Below, one piece after another: positions 1-12,100 of a DNA stretch of 32,000 nucleotides (positions are counted from its first letter, which is position 1; each line of letters begins with the position of its first letter). The stretch lies in NCBI GenBank assembly GCA_054661495.1, contig BAAFSQ010000049.1, positions 1-32,000 of the forward strand, given 5' to 3'. The notes beneath the pieces were generated by a model. The model made no database searches. It saw only the letters and a program-made list of their open reading frames with translations, and was not told the DNA's origin. The DNA is from Zygophlyctis sp. KS116 (taxonomy: Eukaryota; Fungi; Chytridiomycota). A program made the position numbers and the translations under genes.

Positions 1-2
1 AG

Positions 3-1076
3 AGTAATAAAGCATCATCTATGATTGGGTTAGCTGTTATAGAACTGAAGGATACAAGTATATCTCCTCTAGAACAAATTGGGCAAGCTTATGCATCCTG
101 CAGTAATATTATCATGAGCCATCTGAGGCTAGGAATACCGGCTGAAGAGTGTGCAGTACCTCTTGTTTTAACAAATGGAAATCTTTATCAGTTTGGTTGG
201 GTCACTTTATTGAAGCCTTCTTTTCCTGTACTTCATTTAACAACTGGTATTTTAGATGCTTATATTCATTTGGATAATGTCTCTGTTCATTTGACAGCCT
301 TGAAAATATTTTGTAGGCAAACGGCAAGGAAGATCAATTCATTGTTACAATCCAAAGTCAAATCTCTTCACGGGGACAAAATCTACTTGAACGAAGATAT
401 CTATTATCAGAAAAAAAGAAAGGACTTTTTTTTCCGTTATGACAACGAAGATGAATCATTTCATTACATATGGAAAATATATGAGGCACTCAATGAGGTT
501 CCTGAAGCTGTCAAGCCTTTGGCTTACAGTGCTTTGGAGCCAGGGGAGAATGGAAATTACCCTTGTGTAATATATCCAAAGTTGGTAGGTTACTCAATGG
601 GATTTCCTTTGGAAGAAAGGCTTTTTAATAGTTTTTTGGCTGAAATGAAAAGGATCTTAGATGCCATGCACAAGTGCAATGTGATCCATATGGACCTGTA
701 TCCCAGTAATATTCTCTGGAAGAAAGAAAACGACAAGATTGAAGTGCGATTCGTGGATTGGGATGTAGCTACTTTTAACCAAGATCCAATTCCAGAAAGT
801 ATTAAAGATCGAATTTCGCAGTATTACTATAAGAAAACCAGTCCTGCAGAGCCAAAATGCGATTACTGGTTTTTGTATATCATAACACTCGTGAATGAAA
901 AAGAAAAACAAAAAATTAGTGAGGATATTAACCAAGTCAATGTTTTCTATCGGGCTTCGGTCGATCGTTGTTCTCAAGAGATGGGCGGTAGGGACAAATT
1001 AGCGGCTGCATTTGAATCGTGGTATGAAGAAAACATAATACGATCCAGCGCTACTGAATTAGCGCTACTGAATTGA
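3..1076 (+). CDS. 5'-truncated Crinkler(CRN)-like protein: putative PD-(D/E)XK restriction-endonuclease-like domain followed by a kinase-like domain
   Basis: The frame is open from position 3 (AGT AAT AAA GCA TCA TCT ATG), so the gene probably starts outside the window. Kinase catalytic loop HMDLYPSNILW and DFG-equivalent VDWD are present. N-terminal 'LAVIELKD...QIGQAYA' resembles an ExK...Q REase motif. No introns seen. Confidence 0.55.
   Translation, partial: SNKASSMIGLAVIELKDTSISPLEQIGQAYASCSNIIMSHLRLGIPAEECAVPLVLTNGNLYQFGWVTLLKPSFPVLHLTTGILDAYIHLDNVSVHLTALKIFCRQTARKINSLLQSKVKSLHGDKIYLNEDIYYQKKRKDFFFRYDNEDESFHYIWKIYEALNEVPEAVKPLAYSALEPGENGNYPCVIYPKLVGYSMGFPLEERLFNSFLAEMKRILDAMHKCNVIHMDLYPSNILWKKENDKIEVRFVDWDVATFNQDPIPESIKDRISQYYYKKTSPAEPKCDYWFLYIITLVNEKEKQKISEDINQVNVFYRASVDRCSQEMGGRDKLAAAFESWYEENIIRSSATELALLN
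1047..1074 (+). repeat. Perfect 14-nt tandem duplication (agcgctactgaatt x2) at the 3' end of the first ORF
   Basis: 1047-1060 and 1061-1074 are identical. Confidence 0.95.
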
Positions 1077-1222
1077 AAGCGATTCAATATCTGCAGCCAG
1101 ATCATTTTGGCTAGTAAATCTCTTTAGGAAAATTATTAGTAGACTAGAATAAAATATGTTTGCTATTACCTTAATCTTTGAATATTCTACAAGGAAGGGT
1201 TCTCAGTTAAAAGACAAGAATT

Positions 1223-3110
1223 ATGTCAATTCAGGAACAAGAAAAGGATCTTAGGCGAAAGGCTCAATTGTATTTAGAATATAACAAGGACGAGAAACAT
1301 TCGCTGGTGATTTCGCAGTATTTACAGGAAAATAACTTTCAAAAGTTGAAGGATCTGCTCTGCGAAAGATTAAGTTTTGGAACTGCAGGACTGAGAGGAT
1401 CTTTAGGCCCAGGATTGAATCAAATGAATTCTTTGGTGGTTTTGCAAACTACTCAAGGTGTGATTTCTGTTTTGCATGATCAATACAATGGCTCAATGGA
1501 AAATTGGAAAGATTTTGGAGTTGTAATTGGTTATGATCATAGACACGAATCAAGGGATTTTGCTCATTTGATATCCGGCTCTTTTATTGGAAAAGGTATC
1601 AAAGTTTACTTGTTTAGGAATTTCATTCATACTCCAATGATTCCGTTTTCCGTTACTAGATTGAAGGCGCTGTGTGGAATAATGATTACAGCTTCGCACA
1701 ATCCAAAAAATGATAATGGGTACAAATTATATTGGGAAAATGGTTGTCAAATAATTCCTCCTATTGATAAAAAAATTGCGAATGCAATTTTAGATAATTT
1801 AAAACCTTGGAATTGGAATCCTGAATTGGCAACGCAGTCTATAGATTCAGAATTCTTGATACAGGAATATTTCTCTAAAATATCAAGTCTTAAAAGTTTT
1901 GATTTAGGAGCAAGTAAAGTCTCGTTTTGTTATACTGCTATGCATGGCGTTGGGTATCCATTTGCAAAAAAGGCATTTGAGGTCTTTGGGCTTGGATCTA
2001 AACTAGTTCCAGTTTTGGAACAGGTAAAGAAAAAGTTTATAATGAAAAGGTTGATCCTGATCCTGAATTTTCAACTGTTGTATATCCCAATCCAGAAGAA
2101 GAGGGTGCGTTGGTAATATTTACAAATAATTTAGTAGAATATGGCAATTAAAACGGCCACGGAAAAAGGTTGCCAAATAATTCTTGCAAATGATCCAGAT
2201 GCTGATCGGTTGGCTGTAGCTGAGAGGCTACCGAATGGGGAGTGGTATGTATTTAATGGTAATGAGCTCGGATCAATATTGGGTTCCCTGACTTTTGAAA
2301 ATCATAAAAGGAAACATCCTCATTCAGGTATGCACGTATTACTGAAATTCTTAGATAATTCCAAAATTGTTATTCTAGCGAGCACCGTGTCGTGTCATTT
2401 TCTAGAGCATTTTGCTGAAATACAGGGTTTACAATTTAGAGAAACTCTAAGTGGTTTCAAATGGTTGGGAAATGAAGCCTTAAAGTTGAAGGAAAAAGGA
2501 TTAATTCCAATTTTTGCTTTTGAGGAGGCCATAGGCTATATGATTGGTGACATAGTTGCTGATAAAGATGGAATAAGTAGTCTTGCAGTTTTGGCTGAAA
2601 ATATTGAAAATCTCTATAGCGAGAATAAAACCCTGCTTAGCTATTTGAATGATTTGTATAAGACGTATGGACTGGCTCTTTCTGAAAATGGCTATTTTAT
2701 ATGTTATTCGCCAGATAAAATTAAGGACATATTTACAAAGTTTCGTTTCGGGGAGAAGGTGCGAAATGTTTTTTAATTTCATGTAGTCTAAAAAAGAGTT
2801 ATCTTATCCTACCAAGGTTGGAAACGTAGATATCTTGTCCATTCGAGATTTGACAGTTGGCTTTGATTCATCGCAGCCAGATAACATTCCTATACTTCCT
2901 GTTTCTTCATCATCTCAAATGATAACGTTAAAATTAAGTAATGGATGTTTGTTCACTGTTCGAACTTCTGGTACAGAACCGAAAATTAAGTACTACTCTG
3001 AAATTCGGGGCGATGACTTGGACATAATGTATAAAGAATTACACAAAACAGTTAAAGAATTGATAGCTTTGATATTAGAACCTGACGCCAACGGCCTTAT
3101 TCCTAAATAA
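1223..3110 (+). CDS. PGM2: Phosphoglucomutase-2 / phosphopentomutase (alpha-D-phosphohexomutase family), ~593 aa, 4 introns
   Basis: Motifs FGTAGLR, TASHNP (phospho-Ser), DPDADR (metal), AFEEAIG and RTSGTEPKIKYY. GT-AG introns at 2024-2049, 2113-2137, 2328-2354 and 2759-2786 give 1782 nt = 594 codons. Confidence 0.93.
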
Positions 3111-6100
3111 AAAAAGCTATGCTTTTTCTCATCAGCGTTTCTGGGTCTTCTTTTGCTCCCATCGCCACAGAAAATAGTAAATCTGATCTGTCTTCATTGA
3201 TATATACTGGCACAATTATTTCACTGCTTAAACATAATTTCTGAATCTTTTCCATCCATAAGAGTTTAAGAGGTCCAATAATTACGGTTTTTGTATGTGA
3301 CACATTTGAAAGTAGCCCTGAATCTAATGCCCCTCCTTGAATGCGGATTCCTATCGTTAATAATTCGAGCTTATACCATTAATGCAAAAAGGAAGCTTTT
3401 CTGTATTAGCTTCTTCATCAAAGGAAAGAGATATTTCCATGTTTTCTAAAGAAAGGGATAACTTTCTGGAAACAGCTTGACGAGTAGCCGTAAGAAATCC
3501 ATATGGATCAAAAAGACCTCCAATCCATATTTCCTGTTTAAGGGACAATGAATGTTCTATCAAAAAATTAAGCCGAGCTACTAAATTCTGTACCCAATCA
3601 TTCAATGAAAATGACTTTGGATACTTGAAGTAATTTTTCCAACATGAAGGAACGGTACCTTAAAATGAAATAACTAAAAATACCTTTCAGAATATTTTCT
3701 CGGATAGCTAGTATTTCATTTGTATATTCGGCTTCATTTTTGCAGTAGTTTTTTAAAGACACTAATTGATTCCTGACTACAGCATGAATGTTGTATGCAG
3801 CAGAATATTCCCTATTGAAAAACTGAATTAAGGGATCATTTTCGCAATCAAAATTCTTTTTGGGCACCGTTGGCAAAATATTAATAAACAGATCAGCTTG
3901 TTTCACAATTTTTTCTCTGACCATTGAGTCCCAAGGTTGATTTTCGAACTTAACGTGTTTCAAAATACGCAAAGAATTCAAAAAATCCATGCCTATATAT
4001 CAATCAGTCTATAGCACAATACCTTTCTTCAAATTAACAACGATTTTCATATCTTCTTCAAAACCAATTAAATTCAAAGATTCTCGATTCAACTGTGAGA
4101 GCCACGACTTAAAATTATCATAATCAGTTCCTTTCGGGACAAGAATATCGTCGAAGCCTTCGCCAAGGGGGAAGTTTATTTTGCATGTTTCATTGAAAAT
4201 TTCGGGCTTTAAGAAATACTTAATCATGCTCTCTAGTATCATAACATCTGTATTTTTATCCATCTTGTCACCATAAATGCCTCCAATCAGGGCTCTTATA
4301 GCCTTCCATGGAATTAAATCAGGAGAAATGTTGCTTCTTCCAGCAGCGAACTTTTTAATCCAATCTCCTGTGATTTGGAGAGCAAGCAAAAGGTCTGAAT
4401 CACTAAATGAATAATTTGATGTCCATCCTATTGGAAGATATTTCGATCTTTCCAAAATAATTGTATGAATCCAGCAAATGAAAAATGTTATTCTACCAAA
4501 TTCTTTAGGTCCTTTATAAGGTTGACACAAGGAAAGATTATATTCCATGTTCACTTTCATGCCTTGCGTTTCTTCAATCATAACTAATCTACAAGATCTT
4601 AATAGGCTAATTGGTAATGTATAATCCATTTTAGATGTGATTATCACTTTAGAATTGTTTCCAAAATGAAGACGCTGTAATCGACTCTCCAGTCGATTAA
4701 GCCAATTACTGGCAAGATGAATATTTTCTAAATGGACCCATGTATTTGCTTTTGTCACAGAATTTAGTATGCTTTCAGCTGACGTAATACTCTCTTGAGA
4801 GCCCAATGCAATAGTAATTAAATCAAACTCAAATTCTGATGTAACCTGGTCAATAATTGAAGTCACGTCTTCTCCACCAGAAAACATAATAAGTATTGGA
4901 CGTAAATCCACATGATCGTGTAATGCATCTTTAAAAGCCGCTTCTTGATCGTGCTTAGAAATTTTCAAATCATTTTCAATCATTTTCATAGTAAACTCTG
5001 GTAATTTGTCGACTCTACATGCCCTTACTACCAGAAGCCTTCTAAACCTATTTTTTAAATCTTCTAGTATTGATTAAATAAAATAAATCATACCATTTTC
5101 AGTGCTGGAAAATTCTGGAATATCAATCTGTGCATTAGAATCAAAAAACATTTTTGTCCACCATGATCTGCTATTTTGCATTTCATCGATTAGATTTCCA
5201 AATCCTGGTAAAGCTAAAAGCCCCTTAATTCCATCTAAACTTTCTGTCGGAACATGTTCCGGTAATTCAACATTATCTTCACCAATGTCCGAAATACTAA
5301 GTCCCAATAAAAAGTCCATCCATCGTTTATCTAATATTTCGTCCAAATCATTTTTCAATTCAAAAAGACCGAAAAGTAGTACTAGACGATCGCACTGTAG
5401 TAAAGAAAGAGCACTGCGTTCAAAAAAGGTCCTGTATATCTCCATAAAAAGGAAATTTAACCGAGAAGCTGATGATATTGAATTAATTTGATTCTTTTTC
5501 AGAAAGTCTGAAAATATTGTAAGAAACCACTCTACGGAGAACTGATAAGATCTGTTGAGAGACGAAAAACGTTCTAGTAAAAAGTATATATCTGAACATT
5601 TCTGAGACAACATTGAATAATGAAGAGCGGCGCCTTCGATTTGGGCAAGAGTGCTGTCCGCTTCACGGGATTTGTTGGATAGATCAAGTGATTCACATTG
5701 TAGCTTTTCAAGATGCGTGATAACGGTTTCGTCATTCAAAATATTGCCCGAAGAGGAATTTAGAGATTCAAGAAGTTGGTCTTCCAAAATTCTGAGTTTG
5801 AGCTGGTATTCACCCTGTAATTTCAGTAAATCCTGCCTTTTTTGGCTTATGTCTGGACGCTCGGCTTCGAGGGTCCTATCCAGAATTTCATTTTTTAGAC
5901 TGGATCTGGTGACAGTGAAGTTAACTAAAGTTAAGCGACTGCAAATTTCAGGTGGTAAATAAACATTTGGATTTTTAGAGAGCAGAAAGAGTCTAAAAGT
6001 CGGGCAAAAATCAATCTCCTTTGTTCCAAGCCTGATGAGAACTCTTCCGCTAGCTTTGCGAATTTCTTTGCCAAGAACACTTAAAAGTAAAGGATCCACC

Positions 6101-9100
6101 CTTTCTACATCCTCAATTAGTAGTGGACTCCCGAATCTGATTGCATTTTCCAATTGCCTCTGAAAATTTGGTTCCTGAAACGTAGTTTTGACTATCTTAT
6201 CATTTTTATAGCTCCTCATCAAATACTGAGACATTGAAGACGAGGGATCAATAATAAGCGGGTATAAGGAGCATCGAGATAGTATGGTAGCGTTATCAAA
6301 CGATATCTTATCATTCTTTAATCCATCTTCTTGCCATTTAGTACGCTCATAATGCGGAGACAAAAATTCTGAAATTGAAAGCTGATGGTTAAAAGCAATT
6401 TTGAACTTTTTGCAAGCATTCTTCCATTGGTCGAACAGGTACATTCGGTGTACTTGATCAAAAAAGCCACAGTAAGTGATGTATGAAGCTGAAATTAGAC
6501 AATTCCCTACCAGCGTTTTGCATTCATCGCCGTAACATTCCCTAAAAATTAAATGTTTTAAATCTTATACCGACTATATTCCCATCGAGACTTTTCTGAA
6601 TCCAAATTCTGAAGAAGTTTCAAGCTTCTGCTGATCCGGTCTGTAACCTGATCCATATCATACTTAATCCTTTGAGTTTCCGCTATTAAATTTGAATATT
6701 CATTCCGTAGAGAGTCTATTTGACCTTCTAAAGTAAAGATAAGTTCCTTCATTTGTAAAGCTTTTGTTCTGGCACATTTTGCATCATCTTCTAAATGCTC
6801 TACTTGCTTTCTAAGTGGTTCAACCTTTTCAAGTATCGATGCATATCGGACCTGCGCAACAACCCATTGTAATAAAGGACCGCAAGCTTTACTGGCCCTA
6901 TTGACGGTCTCAAAATTGAATGAAGGATTATTCATGTAATGATTTTCAATTTCGTCGATTATTCTTCGAGTAAGCTTAGCAGTGTCATAGTTGGTTATAT
7001 TCGCGATAAAGTCGTCTTTCCTGGATATTGTTTGCACGGTTTTCCATGAATCAACTTTATTCCCAAGCATTATGCAAACACTTTCCATGGTTATTTTAAC
7101 CGGTTCTGGAGGATGAGCCATGGTTCTCAATTCCTGCAAATGTTGCCTTTTAATACTTGATACGCTTTCCTGAGCTTGTTCCACCAGTGGCTCAACTTCA
7201 GCTAGTTCAGATAGCACAGTATCCTTTCTTATTCTTATCTGTTCCTCCTGATGAGAAATAGTTTTCTGCAGCTTAAGAGAGTCACACTTCTGCCGCTCTG
7301 CTTCCTGCTGATCAGCCATCATGATCTTTAATTTATCATTTGCAAGTTTATTTTTTTCAGATAGAATCGTCTCTTTTTCTGCCAATTGAGTCCGCATAAG
7401 TTCTACATCCAACAGAGTTGACTGGATTTTCTCTAGACCATCAATAATATGTCGCTGATGATCATCTTGTGCTGTTTTTTTAGAAGTTAAGATATCTTCG
7501 AACTGGCGAAATATTTCGAGATATTGCTGTGGTGTGATTATAGGCTGAATATCCAGTTTCAGAGACTCTTCTTTGGCTGTTGAATGTATAAAAGGTAAAA
7601 TTTCTGGCAGTGCATCAAACAATGAATTGTCATTTTCTGTTGCCAAATCTAGGTTATCTAGCAATTCTTTGGCAACTTGTTTTAAAGCTGTAAAAGACCA
7701 ATCTCCCATCCAATTGATAGTACATCGATTAAAAAGGGCTGGTGAGGCGGTCAGCTTATCTTGTAAATTTTCACTGCTACACGGGGGATTCATGGTGAAG
7801 ACTATGTGAAGATTCTTCATAATTTGAAGACGAAACCATTCATATACTCTATCAGTTGAATCAAGAGGAATACCCAAAGTAGAAGCCGCTTCTTTAGTAT
7901 TCGATATTAGAGATGAAAATTCATCTCCTTCAAAAAGACCAGGAATTTCCGCATTTGCTAAAAGTGTATTCATACGCTCTAGAATTGATATATCTGCAAC
8001 ATCCGATTCATCTATTGCAAAACATATTTTTTCCCCTTTACAGCCGGAACGTATTAAAATCTTCTTCAAATCTTCGTCGAAATCAAAAGACTGATAATTA
8101 TTGTGGATTTTTAAATTAACATATGATAGACCATCCATCCATGCAGTAAACCGTGTCAGTAAAGTTTTTCCCGATCCACTAATTCCAATTAATAACATAT
8201 GTCCTTGAATTTGACTATATTTAAAGACAAAAAAGGTACCGAAATGATCTATCAAGGCGGAGAATATGGTCCAGAGCATCGTCGAAGAACACTAAATCAG
8301 TTTCCATTTCCTCATTGCAAAAAACTTCAAGTTTATCCCTTATAAAGCTTCTCATTTCTTCAGAACTAATTGGAGTAAGATTGCGGGAAGTCCAATTGGT
8401 AAATAGCAAAGGAGCTTTAAAGATTTGTGACTGATCAAAAGTAGGAAAGTATTTGCCAATTATTTCCTCTAATGCTAATGAATTTGATTTTCGTTCGCCT
8501 TCGGTAACCAGACGATCGCAGAACAGCCTTTGAGCTTCGTAAACAAATATCCGTACAAAATCATTAAGATAAAGTGTTTCCAAAAACATTGTGGCTTGAA
8601 AGATACCCCGTACCCATCTTGATAGCTCCCTTGGGGAATAAATATAATGTGAATATCTGTCTACTGTATAATTCCTACGCGAATGTTGATAAAATTCAAT
8701 CATAGCACCAACAATAGAATCAACATGACCAAGGAATGAAGGAAATCTCTTAAATATTGCCTGCAGGAATGTAGTGTAAATCATTGACAATGATTGATCA
8801 GAGGGATGATCAATATATAAAATAGCACAATGTCTCAAAAATCGCAAAGAAAGTGGCTTCCTTCCTGGATCAGTAGGTGGATTACTAATGTTAGTTTAGT
8901 TGATTGTTTTTTACCAAGCCCCTAAAAATTGAATATTTTCAAGATCAACCCAGGAATTTGTTACTATATCCCAAAATCCGTTATACTCAATCAGCTGCCT
9001 CATAAAAGAAATAATGCGCTGAGTGCCATATTCATCTTCATCCGGTAAGTTAATTTCGTCGCAAAATACTTCGATTACATAATACAAAACTTACCCACCA

Positions 9101-12100
9101 ATCTTTTGCAGAATTTAGGCGTAAGCGATATTCCATGTGGATTTTTTTTTAACGAACATAAATTTGATAGGGATCTGAGAAGCATTTGAGGAGTTGATGT
9201 GCTTGAAAAGTTGATTACCAATACGTTGACATCGGGCAGTACTCGCAAGCAAGACAAAATAGTCATACTCTTCCCGCACCCCGGTGGACCACACAGCAAA
9301 ATAGACTTTCGTTCTGCAAGAAATGAAAAGATTAAACTTTCATAATAGATTGTATCAGTAGTCTTAATAATAGTATCTGACAGCTGCCCTTCGGAAACAG
9401 AAATATTCAACTTTTCTATATGATCTAACAACGGCATCCAATCTCCAGTGCTAACCGCGACATCATATTGCAATATATCGCCACAGGGAAGTTGAACGAT
9501 CTGAAATGATTTTATCAGATCAATCACTTTCTGTTTTTCACTATACTTGCTATCTCCAACTGTAGAGACAATTAATCCTTTTACTAATTTCTTAACCAAG
9601 TATGTTTCTAAAATATTGCTGGATATGACAGTTTCTGCCTGAAAGCAGTTTTGATTTGATATGAAACCATCTATTGAAGCGTTTAAATACGAAATAAGGG
9701 TAGATATGGCCCTGCAAGAACTGAAATCCATGATATGAGTAGCTGCTCCAGCCAAAAATAGAACCTGATCCACTAAATCATCCTTCTGGAACAATGGGGA
9801 AAAGAGATCAACCACTTTCTTGTAAACGTAGGAGTCAAAGTTCGAAGACTCATTTTTTGATCTCTGGAGAACCTGAGCCAACCAACCATGATATCTCATC
9901 TGACTGGACACCGTATTATTATCATAATAAACCATTCCGGATCTACTAACAGTCGCAAGCGTAGCCTAAGTAGTTAAAACAAATAATTCTTACTTTCTCG
10001 AGATTTTCCACTTCAAAAATTAGTTTTATATTTGAAGGGAATTTAATTCGCTCACCAGTTGGTAATGTGAGAACTTTGTTATCATCCAACACAGAATTTA
10101 GATTTTCAATCCAGATTGGATCTACATCACCGTCAAAGATAATAAAGTGCCGCCTTTTGCCCTCTCCTCGATGATCCTCTACTATTTTCCGCAGAAGGCC
10201 CGTAAATATACCATCTCTCCATTCCATTGTTGTAGTATCAAGAACACCATATATATCATCTTTATCTAATGATTTTGGATCAAACCGATAAATGGTATTT
10301 TCCACTTTATCACAAGCAGCCATGGCATTTAATAGAATCTCAAGCGATTTTGATTTTCCTGAACCTGAAGGTCCTACCAACGTGATTCCATGATGTAGCT
10401 TTATAATTTCATATAGCTGTAATAATTTATCCGTCCAATCAGACGATACAATAAGAAAGTCAGCTTCAGAGTACTTTCGTATGTTAGCCTGAAGGTCTGA
10501 ATGTAAGTGCTCCATTCCAGAAATATCACCAAATATGTCTAACAAAAGATCAGAAAAAAGGTTAAGATCTTTTGAAACCAGCTTTGGTTTTATAGAGTCC
10601 TTGACCGCCTGGAAAACCAATGCTAACTCGCTTGTTGAATTATCCAATGTTCTCTTAAATAATCCCGCACATACGAGGACATTTTTTAGAGAACGCAAGC
10701 CAAAGTCATAATGCGCTTGTTTGGAAAGTTGCTCTTGAAATAAATCGAACAAATGAACCATTTTAGCAGCCAAAGATTTAGCTTCATTAAATCCGTGACT
10801 AAAAAGCATTACTTCGGCTATCATATATAAATCAGGTTTAGTCTATTATTAAATATTTCAATCTATTACCATTGAAATTGATCGGAAAAGCCTTTTCAAA
10901 TTATCAGGAAGAAGTGACCTTCCAGCATACCCCGGATTCATCGTGACAAAGATCCCTTTTGTATTAAAATATTCCATCTTACCAGTGGTTTCCTCAACCA
11001 TAGCACGTGATCCTGAGATTTCAATCTCTTTATGTAGCCGCAATCCGTTCTGTATTGCATGAATTTGTTGCGACACTGAGGATAAAATTCGTTCCTCTAG
11101 ACGATTAAATTCATCAAAGCAGACCCAAGCACCTACTTTACAAATACCAATCAGTATGCGGCCCATACTTGCTATGTTAAAATGCTCGTCACAATTAAAT
11201 ACCAAAACCAGCCTTCCTAGATGAGCCCCTAGAGCTTTGACCGTTTCAGTCTTTCCAGTTCCAGCGGGACCGAAGGGAGATCCACCCAACCGATAATTCA
11301 AAGCTTGTGATAGCGTTGAATAACATCGATCCGTTAGAGGTGTTTGAACCAATCTATCAATAACGCCGACGTATTCAAACCCATAAAAGAATGACGAATT
11401 TGTAATTTCAATAGACACTTTTTTTCTTGCATCTAATTCAGAATGATTGTAATAAAATCTTAAGTAGTTTTTCCAGCCAAAATCATCAGAATCAGTGATC
11501 GAATTGTTTATTAGCGTTTGCAAAGTATCTCTTTGATGAACAAACTCCATGATCATACTTTCGACTTTTTTCCGTTCCAAATCTTCAATTTCATTAGCAA
11601 GTGAAGATGCCAGGATTTGCAGATAGTCTTGAATGCTAGTCAAGATAGCATCTAGCTTTTCTTTGTGGTTGATGGAGGCATTTAATGCTTTCTCGACTAC
11701 ATCAGTCCACCAAATCTGAAGACGTAAAATAATTATTTGACACGGAACGGTTTTCAGCCAACAAAATATGTCGAATTTATCATTCAAAAAGTTTTCTGTG
11801 GCGATTGCGTTATCAAGTGACATACATAAAGTTTGGCAAATTGATTGTTCCAGAGTTTCAAGTAAAGCCACTAAATCCAGATTCTTTCGTTGGATCGGAT
11901 CCTGTAGATATAACACTTCTCCTTCAGAAGATTCAATAGAAAGTATTGACTCTTCTTGAGAATCAAAGCGAATCGACGATACCCCAGGAATCATTTTTTT
12001 GATATGCTTCTGAATCTGACAAACGTCCTTTGAATTACCGATAATGTCCAATAAATCTTCATCTCCAATAAAGAAAAAACGTGGATATTTTGTTCGCTGA

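Noticed and set aside
5102-5962. Antisense ORFs in the track (e.g. 5102-5491, 5651-5962, 19070-19468, 30061-30348)
   Set aside because: They are shadow frames opposite conserved genes, with no recognisable motifs.
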